Shown here in pieces: positions 35,363 to 43,421 of a stretch of 64,000 nucleotides of DNA. Location of the stretch: positions 29,053 through 93,052 of the forward strand of contig JAJXTV010000010.1 in NCBI GenBank assembly GCA_021783515.1, in the 5' to 3' direction. The notes beneath the pieces are model-generated. The model searched no databases. It saw only the letters and a program-made list of their open reading frames with translations, and was not told where the DNA came from. How positions within the stretch are numbered: position 1 is the stretch's first letter; each line of letters opens with the position of its first letter. Position numbers and translations under genes: made by a program. This stretch comes from Nitrospirota bacterium (GTDB lineage Bacteria; Nitrospirota; Thermodesulfovibrionia; Thermodesulfovibrionales; UBA6898).

Positions 35363-36953
35363 GGCCGGCCGCGGGGTAAGAGCCCCCGTGGCCGGGCAGG
35401 ATGAGTGCGGCATTCCCCTTCTTCTTAAGCTCCGCATCCAGTGAAAGCATCAGTTCCTTCAAGGATGCGGTCTCCTCTTTGAAGACCTGGTCGTTTCCAT
35501 TGGGGCTGATGAGGAGATACTTGTAAAGGCCGAGGTGATTCTTGTCTTCAGCCGAGAGGCTCCGGATATTGATCAGGTAGTCCGAGCTGAAGAGGAGCCC
35601 GTGTTCCCTGCTGAGGAAGAAAACGTGGCCCGGCACATGGCCGCCGCGACTCCCGATCACATCGAACTCCGCGTCGCCTATGAGGAACGAATCCATCACA
35701 TCAAATCCCGCGATCGTGCCGAGGGGTTTCGTTTGAAACCATCTTATATGGTCGGGGAATCTGCAGTCCGTGAACCTGTTGACGAGCCTCGTATAATATT
35801 TGTTGAGCCCTGAGAGCGTTCCTGCCATCCCGTAGGCCCGGTTATCGTGTTCGATTACCGCCTCGCTTTCCGGATGCATGTACACCTCCGTGCCGAACTC
35901 GCCGGCGAAGTGTCCCGAGGCGCCGGCGTGGTCGGCATCCGGGTGAGTGACGAAGATCCTTCCGAGGCGGGCCGGATCCATAGACCGCTCTCTGAGCAGT
36001 TTCTTGATGTCGTCGTAATAGATGCCGAACCCGGAATCTATCATCGTCAGCTCTCCGGCATGGGTGAAGACGTAAATGTTTTCGGTCGTCGGCAGACGGA
36101 AGCCGAAGAGGGTCGTATCCCGGCCGAGTTGCACCGGCGGCATTTCCGAGACCGAAAATCGTGCGCCGGTCCGGGACCGAGACATCGAGGCGAGGGTGAG
36201 GACCTTCTCGAATACCTCGGCCGCCTCCAGGTGTTTTCCGGCCTCGGAGTAGAACTTTATGAGGTCTGCGTGAAGCTCCTGGGAAGAACCGACCAGATCT
36301 TTCACCTCTGCCGCGTCTCTTCCTTCAAGGAGCTTGCGGAGGCGGAGGAAGAACTTTTCGACGAGCTTGAGGCCGATGATATGCTCGACCTCTTCTTCGC
36401 CGGCGCCGCGGTATATCACACGGTAGTGATATCCGGCCTTATTGATCGCATCGAGAAGCCGGTCGATCTCCGCCGGGTCTTTCGTTGCCATCGCGACGTC
36501 GGCTGAATCAGGGTCGATCCCCTCGTCGTAGAGCATATAGAGCACGTTTGCGCGGTGTTTTCTCAGAAGGCCTGAAAAAAGGGAAAGGGTGCCGGGTCTG
36601 TTTTCGAGCTTCACCTTTATTTCGAGGATGCTCTCCGCTGTCGTGATGTCGACGCTGTCCGCGGCGGTCCTCTCTTTTTCGAAGGCGCAGCGTCCGGCTT
36701 CGAGACCGGCGAGCAGCGCATCGAGCTCCCTTGTCCCGGCCATCGTCACCTCGACGGCAACGCGGCTGCTGTCAAGCGAACGGTCATAGTGGAAGAAGCA
36801 GATGTTTCCGCCGAAGCGGGCGATCAGTGCGGAAAAAGAGGCGAGCGACCCCGGTCTGTCTTTCAGGAAGACACGGAACTTGGCGAGGATTTCTTCCCCG
36901 CTCCCGTAGGACTTCAGCTTCTTGTAGACCCTTACCGGCAGCTGTTTCTTCAT
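35352..36953 (-). CDS. ACT-domain pair fused to an MBL-fold metallo-hydrolase
   Basis: Two ACT-like modules (RPGSLASFSALIARFGGNI, RPGTLSLFSGLLRKHRANV), then the MBL motif THPDADHAG and GHVPGH. Confidence 0.7.
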   Translation of the reverse strand: MKKQLPVRVYKKLKSYGSGEEILAKFRVFLKDRPGSLASFSALIARFGGNICFFHYDRSLDSSRVAVEVTMAGTRELDALLAGLEAGRCAFEKERTAADSVDITTAESILEIKVKLENRPGTLSLFSGLLRKHRANVLYMLYDEGIDPDSADVAMATKDPAEIDRLLDAINKAGYHYRVIYRGAGEEEVEHIIGLKLVEKFFLRLRKLLEGRDAAEVKDLVGSSQELHADLIKFYSEAGKHLEAAEVFEKVLTLASMSRSRTGARFSVSEMPPVQLGRDTTLFGFRLPTTENIYVFTHAGELTMIDSGFGIYYDDIKKLLRERSMDPARLGRIFVTHPDADHAGASGHFAGEFGTEVYMHPESEAVIEHDNRAYGMAGTLSGLNKYYTRLVNRFTDCRFPDHIRWFQTKPLGTIAGFDVMDSFLIGDAEFDVIGSRGGHVPGHVFFLSREHGLLFSSDYLINIRSLSAEDKNHLGLYKYLLISPNGNDQVFKEETASLKELMLSLDAELKKKGNAALILPGHGGSYPAAGLTQ

Positions 36954-37101
36954 GCCCGATCCTTTTGTCTCTCTGTCTGTTTTAGGGTATTATAGCAAAG
37001 CGGGGTGCGAAACATTCTTGTGCGCAAACCCGAATGCCTCCGGTGATTTCCGGTGAAATTGTGGGGGCGTGTTTCAACGCGCCCTGGCAAGGAGAGCGAT
37101 T

Positions 37102-38223
37102 ATGTCAAAGGTCTATTTTGCGTCTGCACGGGTGAAAAAGTGGCGATACGAAGACAGCATGCCGGGCAAGCTGGAACGGCTCCTGGGAGAGCTGGGCGTG
37201 ATGAATTATTTCAGCCCGGAGGAATGGGTGGCGGTCAAGACCCATTTCGGCTCCGAAGGGGCCCACAGGATCGTGAGGCCGACCTTTCTGCGGAAGGTGG
37301 TCGATGCCCTCAGGAGGATAGGCGCGAAACCCTTCATTACCGACACGGTGAGGATAAAGGGGCTCGACTATCTCGATGTCGCCAACCAAAACGGGATAAA
37401 CCATCTCTCGGTCGGTGCGCCGGTGGTGATCGCCGACGGCCTCTACGGCAAGGACAATGTCATGGTGAAGGCCGGGGAGCTGCTTGGGGAGGTGGCGGTC
37501 GCCTCTTTGATCCACGATGTGCCCGCGATGGTGGTTTGTTCGCATGTGAAGGGCCATATCAACGCCGGATACGCAGGGGCGATAAAGAACCTTGCGATGG
37601 GAGGGGTGAGCGCCTATCACCGCACCTGCGGCTGGAAGTGCGGCAGGGGGGCGATGCATGCAATAGGCGAAGGCGAACTCGTCTGGAGCCAGGAGAAATG
37701 CGAACTCTGCTTTCAGTGCAGGGACATCTGCCCGAAGGACGCCATCAGCTTCAGCGGCGACGAGCTCATATGGGAGGGGGACAACTGCTGGAGGTGCGGC
37801 AGGTGCGAGAGGGTCTGCCAGTCGGAATCCCTCGCCATGCCCGGCGACAGCGAACGGTTCCTGAGGTCTCTCGCCGAGGCGGCTTCGGCTGTGATGAGCA
37901 CGTTTGGGCAAAAGAAGGTCATTTTTATCAATTTTCTCACCGAGATCCAGCCGGAATGCGACTGTATGCCTGCCGCCGACGTCCCGGTGATCCAGGATGC
38001 GGGGATACTGGTGTCGGATGATCTCGTATCGATCGAGCAGGCGAGCATCGATATGCTGGCCCGGGCCGAGGCTCTGCCGGGTTCCCTTGGCCGTGACAGT
38101 CAGGCCGATGCGGACGGGGATGTCCTCGGGAACATTCATAAAATCCCCTATCGGCTGCAGGTTGAAGAGGCCGCCCGGGTCGGACTTGGGGAGCTGAGGT
38201 ATGAGATTGTAGAGGTCGGCTAA
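37102..38223 (+). CDS. DUF362-family protein with an inserted 4Fe-4S dicluster domain
   Basis: The ATG follows AAGGAGAG. MSKVYFASARV...VAVKTHFGSEG, CELCFQCRDICP and CWRCGRCERVC. Confidence 0.7.
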   Translation: MSKVYFASARVKKWRYEDSMPGKLERLLGELGVMNYFSPEEWVAVKTHFGSEGAHRIVRPTFLRKVVDALRRIGAKPFITDTVRIKGLDYLDVANQNGINHLSVGAPVVIADGLYGKDNVMVKAGELLGEVAVASLIHDVPAMVVCSHVKGHINAGYAGAIKNLAMGGVSAYHRTCGWKCGRGAMHAIGEGELVWSQEKCELCFQCRDICPKDAISFSGDELIWEGDNCWRCGRCERVCQSESLAMPGDSERFLRSLAEAASAVMSTFGQKKVIFINFLTEIQPECDCMPAADVPVIQDAGILVSDDLVSIEQASIDMLARAEALPGSLGRDSQADADGDVLGNIHKIPYRLQVEEAARVGLGELRYEIVEVG

Positions 38224-38261
38224 AAAAAAGTGCTGCTGCCCGTGGGATGTTGGGCAGCAGC
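38222..38261 (-). terminator. Rho-independent terminator (minus strand)
   Basis: Perfect 10-bp stem GCTGCTGCCC/GGGCAGCAGC with a 10-nt loop, followed on the minus strand by a run of eight T. Confidence 0.7.
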
Positions 38262-38475
38262 TTAGGGGAGGTAACGAGGCGCTTAATGATTATATGAAAC
38301 CAGACTTTGGGGGCGTTGTCAAGTAAAAAAAATAGGTCACTTATAAATTCTAACTTTAGAAACTATGTGTATATTATATGCATCTCGGTTTTGCCATAGA
38401 GGAGCCTGCGCAGGGAAACAGGGTGGCCCGGAACTGACCTAAGCGAAGTCAGTTGGCTTCCGCCGCGTAATTTCC

Positions 38476-39366
38476 TTATTTTTCCTTATAAAAGTGGTAG
38501 TTATTCCTACCGTATTCCTTTGCCTGATACATGGCGACATCGGCTTTTTTTACCAGTGTGTCGATATCGTCGCCGTCCGTCGGAAAGACACTTACGCCGA
38601 TGCTGCAACTTACCGAGACGTTCTGTTGCCCAAAACAGAACGGGGCGGCAAAAATCCCGAGGATCCTTGAGGCGAAGACGCCGGCATCTTCCAACCCGCT
38701 GACTATGGTCAACACGATGAACTCATCTCCGGATATTCTCGCTACTGTATCAGCCTTGCGGAGACTTCCCGACAGGCGCGTGGCGACCTCTTTGAGGACC
38801 TGATCGCCGGCGTCGTGGCCGTACGTGTCGTTAATCGTCTTGAAGTTGTCGACGTCGAGAAACAGGAAGGCCAGCACATGATGGTACCTCTTGCCTTGCG
38901 CAAGCGCCTGCTGCGCCCTGTCGAGGAACATCTTGCGGTTGGGAAGACCCGTGAGGGCGTCGGCAAAAGCGAGGTTCTGGAGGTCGCGGAGCCGGCTTTT
39001 TTCCCGAATTAACCGCTGGAGTCGGGCCGAAAATTCAGCCAGGGTAAAGGGCTTCTTGATGAAGTCACTTGCCCCCGTGTTTATCGCGTCCTCTTCCGTA
39101 TACTCCGACGTGAACCCGGTCATTACCATTACAGTCGCATCCGGCCGCACCCGCAGGAGTTCACGGGTGAGGAAGATGCCGTCTATCTCGGGCATCTTGA
39201 TATCCGTGATCACGATGTCGAATTCCTGCCGGCGGGTCGCTTCGAGCGCTTCTTTGCCGTCGGAGGCGGTGGTGCATTCGTAGCCCTGTGATTTCAGGAA
39301 GAAATGGAGCAGCTTCGTGATCTGTTCGTCGTCGTCGACTACGAGTATCTTATTGTCCGGGGCCAT
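38476..39366 (-). CDS. Response-regulator diguanylate cyclase (REC-GGDEF)
   Basis: REC domain (ILVVDDDE...DIVITDIKMP) and GGDEF domain with an SGDEF active site (ARISGDEFIVL). Confidence 0.85.
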   Translation of the reverse strand: MAPDNKILVVDDDEQITKLLHFFLKSQGYECTTASDGKEALEATRRQEFDIVITDIKMPEIDGIFLTRELLRVRPDATVMVMTGFTSEYTEEDAINTGASDFIKKPFTLAEFSARLQRLIREKSRLRDLQNLAFADALTGLPNRKMFLDRAQQALAQGKRYHHVLAFLFLDVDNFKTINDTYGHDAGDQVLKEVATRLSGSLRKADTVARISGDEFIVLTIVSGLEDAGVFASRILGIFAAPFCFGQQNVSVSCSIGVSVFPTDGDDIDTLVKKADVAMYQAKEYGRNNYHFYKEK

Positions 39367-41167
39367 CGGCAGTCCGCTCCTTTCTGGAGCAGCCGTCTTT
39401 GAGCAGCTCTCTTATCTTGTCCTCAAGGAGGACACGGCGGTAAGGTTTCTGGATGAAGGCGTCCGGCCGGCAGGCGGACGCTTCGCCCAATGCGGTTTGG
39501 ATATCGTCTGTTCTTTCGGCCCCGTCGGCACGGGGGAAATAAAGGTGCAGCTGCGTGCCGCAGCCCGGCTCGCTCTCGACCGATACGCACCCGTCGTGTG
39601 ACTGGACGATGCCGGCTACCGCGGCGAGGCCGAGGCCGCGGCCGAAAAACTTCGTGGTAAAGAACGGCTCGAAGATCGTCTTGTGCATGTCCTTCGGTAT
39701 CCCCGGTCCGGTGTCCGAAATGCTGATACCGATGTAATCTCCGGCGGGATGCTCATGCCCCGAAAAGGGGCATTCCCATGTGTCTTTCCCTCGTATGTTG
39801 CGAGTCCGGAGGGTGATCCTGCCCCCCCCTTTTTCCATGGCCTCGAATGCGTTGGTTATGGTGTTGAGCAGGACCTGGCTGATCTGGGCAGGATCAGCTG
39901 TTATCGGCCAGAGGCCCTTCCCGAGGTCGAGGACGACTTCGATGTCGAGTGCCCTTCCCTTGTGCGCAAGGGCCAGCGCCTCGTGGATGAGATCGTTGAC
40001 CCCGACACGCTTCTTCTGCCCCATCGTGCTTTTTGCGTACGCCAGCAGCTGACGGGTAAGGTGTGCCATCCTCTCCGAGGATACGACGATGCTGTCGGCG
40101 AGCCCGTGTTCCTTGCTATGAACGGGGAGGAGCAACTTCAGCATCTCGGCGTTTCCCAGAACGCTCATGAGAATGTTGTTGAAGTCATGCGCGATTCCGC
40201 CCGCGAGGGTGGAGATCGAGCGTTCCTTTTGCTCCTGGTAGGTCCGCGCGCCGAGCCTCTTTTGGGTTTGTTCAAGCAGTCGCTTGCCGGTAATGTCGCG
40301 TGCGATTCCGGCTGTTCCGATCACCGTGTTCCCGTCGCCGTAAATAGGCGTCTTTATCGTTTCTATCAGGATGCTGTTGCCTTTGCTGTCGATGAGCGGT
40401 TCTTCGATGCCTTTTCGCTTTCCGCTTTCCATCACTTCCCTGTCGTCGTCCCGATACTTCACTGCCAGTTCGGAGGGCCAGATATCGAGATCGCTCTTGC
40501 CTATGACATCGGAGGCGTCACGGCCGCAGGCCTTCGCGAACGGTTCATTTACCGCGATGAATCTGCTTTCCCTGTCTTTCAGCCAGGCAATGTCCGGGAT
40601 GTTGTCCAGAATCGCCTTGAGCTGCCTTTCGCTTTTCCGGAGAGACTCCTCGGCACGCTTCCGTTGTGTGATATTTCGCGCGATATGGACGCCGCCGGTC
40701 TTCCCGTCAGGGTACTCGAAAGGGGCTACCGTCACGAGGTAGTGGCCTCCCAGGCGCTCGATATCCGTTTCCAGGGAGTATATCGTCCCTCCTGCCAGCA
40801 TAACGCTAAAGGGGCATCCTTCCGGAGGTTTTTCGTTCCCGCAGATCCTCGCGTAACAATGGGAACCCACGATTTCCTGCGAATTGAGGCCGAGCTTGCG
40901 GGCCATTGCCTTGTTTACCCTGACGATGCGGTAGTTGTCGTCGATTAGGGTGATAAGGTCCGGGACGGCGTCGAAGGTCTTTTCGATTTCATTCTTGGCG
41001 CGCCGGATCCTTTCTTCTTCTTCCCGGAGCCACGCGAAAGATTTCTCAAGTTCGGAAAGACGTAACCTGAGCTCCCAGACTTCCCGGGGCATACGATCTT
41101 CTGTCTTCGTTGCATGCGCCATAGCACACTCTATTCCCCCTTCATGTGTCGTACCCCCTGATTCCAT
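39350..41167 (-). CDS. PAS-domain sensor histidine kinase
   Basis: Two PAS modules, a HisKA H-box (IAHDFNNIL) and HATPase motifs (NAFEAM, DTGPGI, GLGLA). It overlaps the downstream REC-GGDEF gene by 17 nt. Confidence 0.8.
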   Translation of the reverse strand: MESGGTTHEGGIECAMAHATKTEDRMPREVWELRLRLSELEKSFAWLREEEERIRRAKNEIEKTFDAVPDLITLIDDNYRIVRVNKAMARKLGLNSQEIVGSHCYARICGNEKPPEGCPFSVMLAGGTIYSLETDIERLGGHYLVTVAPFEYPDGKTGGVHIARNITQRKRAEESLRKSERQLKAILDNIPDIAWLKDRESRFIAVNEPFAKACGRDASDVIGKSDLDIWPSELAVKYRDDDREVMESGKRKGIEEPLIDSKGNSILIETIKTPIYGDGNTVIGTAGIARDITGKRLLEQTQKRLGARTYQEQKERSISTLAGGIAHDFNNILMSVLGNAEMLKLLLPVHSKEHGLADSIVVSSERMAHLTRQLLAYAKSTMGQKKRVGVNDLIHEALALAHKGRALDIEVVLDLGKGLWPITADPAQISQVLLNTITNAFEAMEKGGGRITLRTRNIRGKDTWECPFSGHEHPAGDYIGISISDTGPGIPKDMHKTIFEPFFTTKFFGRGLGLAAVAGIVQSHDGCVSVESEPGCGTQLHLYFPRADGAERTDDIQTALGEASACRPDAFIQKPYRRVLLEDKIRELLKDGCSRKERTADGPGQ

Positions 41168-41215
41168 TGTAGTTTATCCATTGTATTTTGCAATGAGATT
41201 TATTAAGCTAGTGCT

Positions 41216-41884
41216 GTGTTCGACCTGAAACAGGTATCGATCTTCACTACTCTTTCTCCGGACGAGGCGAAGGAGATTTCCCCCTATTTTGTGGCCGGGA
41301 AATACCGCAAGAAAGAGGCGGTCTTTTCCGAGGGCGACCCTTCCGAGTGGCTCTATATCGTGAAGAATGGCAAGGTCAAGATCACGAAGCTCTCGCAGGA
41401 AGGCAAGGAGATCATTCTCGAGATCATTTCCCCCAACGAATTTTTCGGGGGCATCGCGGTCCTGAGGGGGTTCCCCTATCCCGCAAACGCCGTCGCGATG
41501 GAAGACACCGAGGTCATAAAGGTATCCCGCAGGAACCTGATGAGCATCGTCGACCGGTTTCCGAATTTGATGTACTGCATGGCGACGAATATCGGCGACC
41601 GCATCAAAGGGTCGCATGAGACCCTTAAGAGCATCGCGCTTGAAAAGGTCGAATCGAGGATCGCCTCGCTCCTCATTAAGCTGTCGGACAAGGCGGGAGA
41701 GAAGACGCCCGAGGGCATGGTGATCACTATGAAACTCACCAAGCAGGACATCGCCGAGATGGTCGGGACGACCGTCGAGACCTCGATCAGAACAATGAGC
41801 AAGTTTTCGAAGGCCGGTCTCATTGGTACGAAGGCCGGCAGGATTCTCATAAAGGATATCGATAGACTTAAGTCGCTGACGTAG
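41216..41884 (+). CDS. Crp/Fnr-family transcriptional regulator
   Basis: cNMP-binding fold (VFSEGDPSEWLYIVKNGKVKI...FFG) and a C-terminal HTH (TKQDIAEMVGTTVETSIRTMSKF). Confidence 0.85.
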   Translation: MFDLKQVSIFTTLSPDEAKEISPYFVAGKYRKKEAVFSEGDPSEWLYIVKNGKVKITKLSQEGKEIILEIISPNEFFGGIAVLRGFPYPANAVAMEDTEVIKVSRRNLMSIVDRFPNLMYCMATNIGDRIKGSHETLKSIALEKVESRIASLLIKLSDKAGEKTPEGMVITMKLTKQDIAEMVGTTVETSIRTMSKFSKAGLIGTKAGRILIKDIDRLKSLT

Positions 41885-41898
41885 TCCCTCGCAGACGT

Positions 41899-42306
41899 CT
41901 AATTGCCCGCCTTCGGCAGAAGTGTCGCCAGCATGTTGTAAAGAAACAATACGATCGAAAAGACCTCCAGACCTCCGAACGCTGCGGTGAGTGCCCTGAA
42001 AGCCTCCGAGGGATTGTAGATGCCCAGGGCATAAAAAAGGAGCATTCCCAGAAGGCCGGTATTGGCTGCCCAGAACTGGACCTCTCCCATTTTAGGGTAT
42101 CTCAGCGGCCTTCCCGAAAACCGGGGCAGCACATGATATCCCACTCCGTAGATCATCATTGACACCCACCCCAGCAGCATCAGGTGGGAGTGTACGAATT
42201 TCAGCGACAGAAGCGAATCGTCCCACAGCATGCCGACCCCCAGCAGGGACGCGGCGCCCAGGTAGATGATGCTGGCGATGATGAAATTTCTTACAAAGCT
42301 GTCCAT
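41899..42306 (-). CDS. Small four-helix integral membrane protein, function unknown
   Basis: 135 aa and almost entirely hydrophobic. Conserved-looking His residues occur in VHSHLMLLGW and GYHVLPRF. Confidence 0.45.
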   Translation of the reverse strand: MDSFVRNFIIASIIYLGAASLLGVGMLWDDSLLSLKFVHSHLMLLGWVSMMIYGVGYHVLPRFSGRPLRYPKMGEVQFWAANTGLLGMLLFYALGIYNPSEAFRALTAAFGGLEVFSIVLFLYNMLATLLPKAGN

Positions 42307-42428
42307 GGTTCCTCCTTGGGATCGAAATTCTTTTTCTTCCGAGTCAGGGCAGGCACGGGGGCCGGCCTCTGCGATAAAACGGTCTTCATTCCCTGATTAT
42401 GAGTATATCCCGGCCCCTCTGAAGTAAC

Positions 42429-42444
42429 TATGACCGGGGTCATA
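42429..42444. promoter_or_regulatory. Candidate Crp/Fnr-type binding site
   Basis: Perfect palindrome TATGAC-cggg-GTCATA (5-4-5 style half-sites, TGAC/GTCA) in the divergent intergenic region next to the Crp/Fnr gene. Confidence 0.35.
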
Positions 42445-42564
42445 ATGGCCCCGTAAGCCGGGAATTTGGATTTCCTGCAGGAAGCGGTAGAATTAAGCAA
42501 AGGGATGGCTTGACAAGGCGAATCCTGCCGGCCGGGGAAGGGTATCATAAGGAGCGATCGAACC

Positions 42565-43416
42565 ATGAAACAGCAAGGATGGCTTTTGTCCATCCCGATA
42601 TTCCTTGTTGTCCTCCTGTGCGGCTGGGGATCGGCGTCAGAGCCCGCGCCTGCGACCTACACATTCGGCGTTGTCCCTCAATTCGAACAGCGCAAGCTGT
42701 ATGCGATCTGGAAACCCGTTATCGACGAGCTGCAGAGGAAGACCGGGTTGGAGTTCAGGCTGGAGACTACGCTCAAGATCGGGGACTTCGAAAAAGAATA
42801 TACCAGAGGCAGCTTCGACTTTGTCTATATGAACCCCTACTACATCCTGAAAAGCACCCCCTCCAACGAATATATCCCGCTTGTTCGCGACAAGGCCCCG
42901 TTGCGGGGGGTCCTCGTCGTGTGCAAAGACAGCGCTCTGAGGAGCCCGGCCGGACTCGACGGCAAGGTCGTGGCCTTTCCCTCTCCGAACGCCCTCGGGG
43001 CCTCTCTCCTGATGAGAGCGGACCTTGACAGGGTCTTCCATGTTGCGGTGAAGCCGCTGTATGTCAAGACCCACTCCTCCGTCTATCTGCATGTGGCGAC
43101 TGGGCTTGCCGCGGCTGGCGGGGGGGTCGAAAAGTCTCTGCGGGAGCAGCCCCCTGAGATACGGGATTCTCTCCGGATACTGTACACGACCCGGGAGATG
43201 CCTTCTCATCCGGTGGCGGCCCATCCGAGGGTGGCGAAAGAAGTGAGGGAAAAAGTCCGGCAGGCTTTTCTTGAGATGGGAAAGAGTCCCGAGGGACGGG
43301 AGCTTCTATCGAAGATACCGGTCAGACAGATGATTCCGACATCGATCGAAGATTACCGACCGATGTTCGGCTGGGGCCTTGAGTCATATTGGGACGCCTC
43401 CTGGGAAGGTGAATAA
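42565..43416 (+). CDS. PhnD-like periplasmic substrate-binding protein
   Basis: Signal peptide, then YTFGVVPQFEQRKLYAIWKPV.DEL, typical of the phosphonate/phosphite SBP fold. It sits directly upstream of a sensor kinase. Confidence 0.7.
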   Translation: MKQQGWLLSIPIFLVVLLCGWGSASEPAPATYTFGVVPQFEQRKLYAIWKPVIDELQRKTGLEFRLETTLKIGDFEKEYTRGSFDFVYMNPYYILKSTPSNEYIPLVRDKAPLRGVLVVCKDSALRSPAGLDGKVVAFPSPNALGASLLMRADLDRVFHVAVKPLYVKTHSSVYLHVATGLAAAGGGVEKSLREQPPEIRDSLRILYTTREMPSHPVAAHPRVAKEVREKVRQAFLEMGKSPEGRELLSKIPVRQMIPTSIEDYRPMFGWGLESYWDASWEGE

Positions 43417-43421
43417 GAGGG

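Noticed and set aside
37105-38139. 344-aa minus-strand ORF antisense to the DUF362/ferredoxin gene
   Set aside because: The plus-strand frame has an SD, the DUF362 N-terminus and two CxxCxxCxxxC clusters. The antisense frame is featureless.
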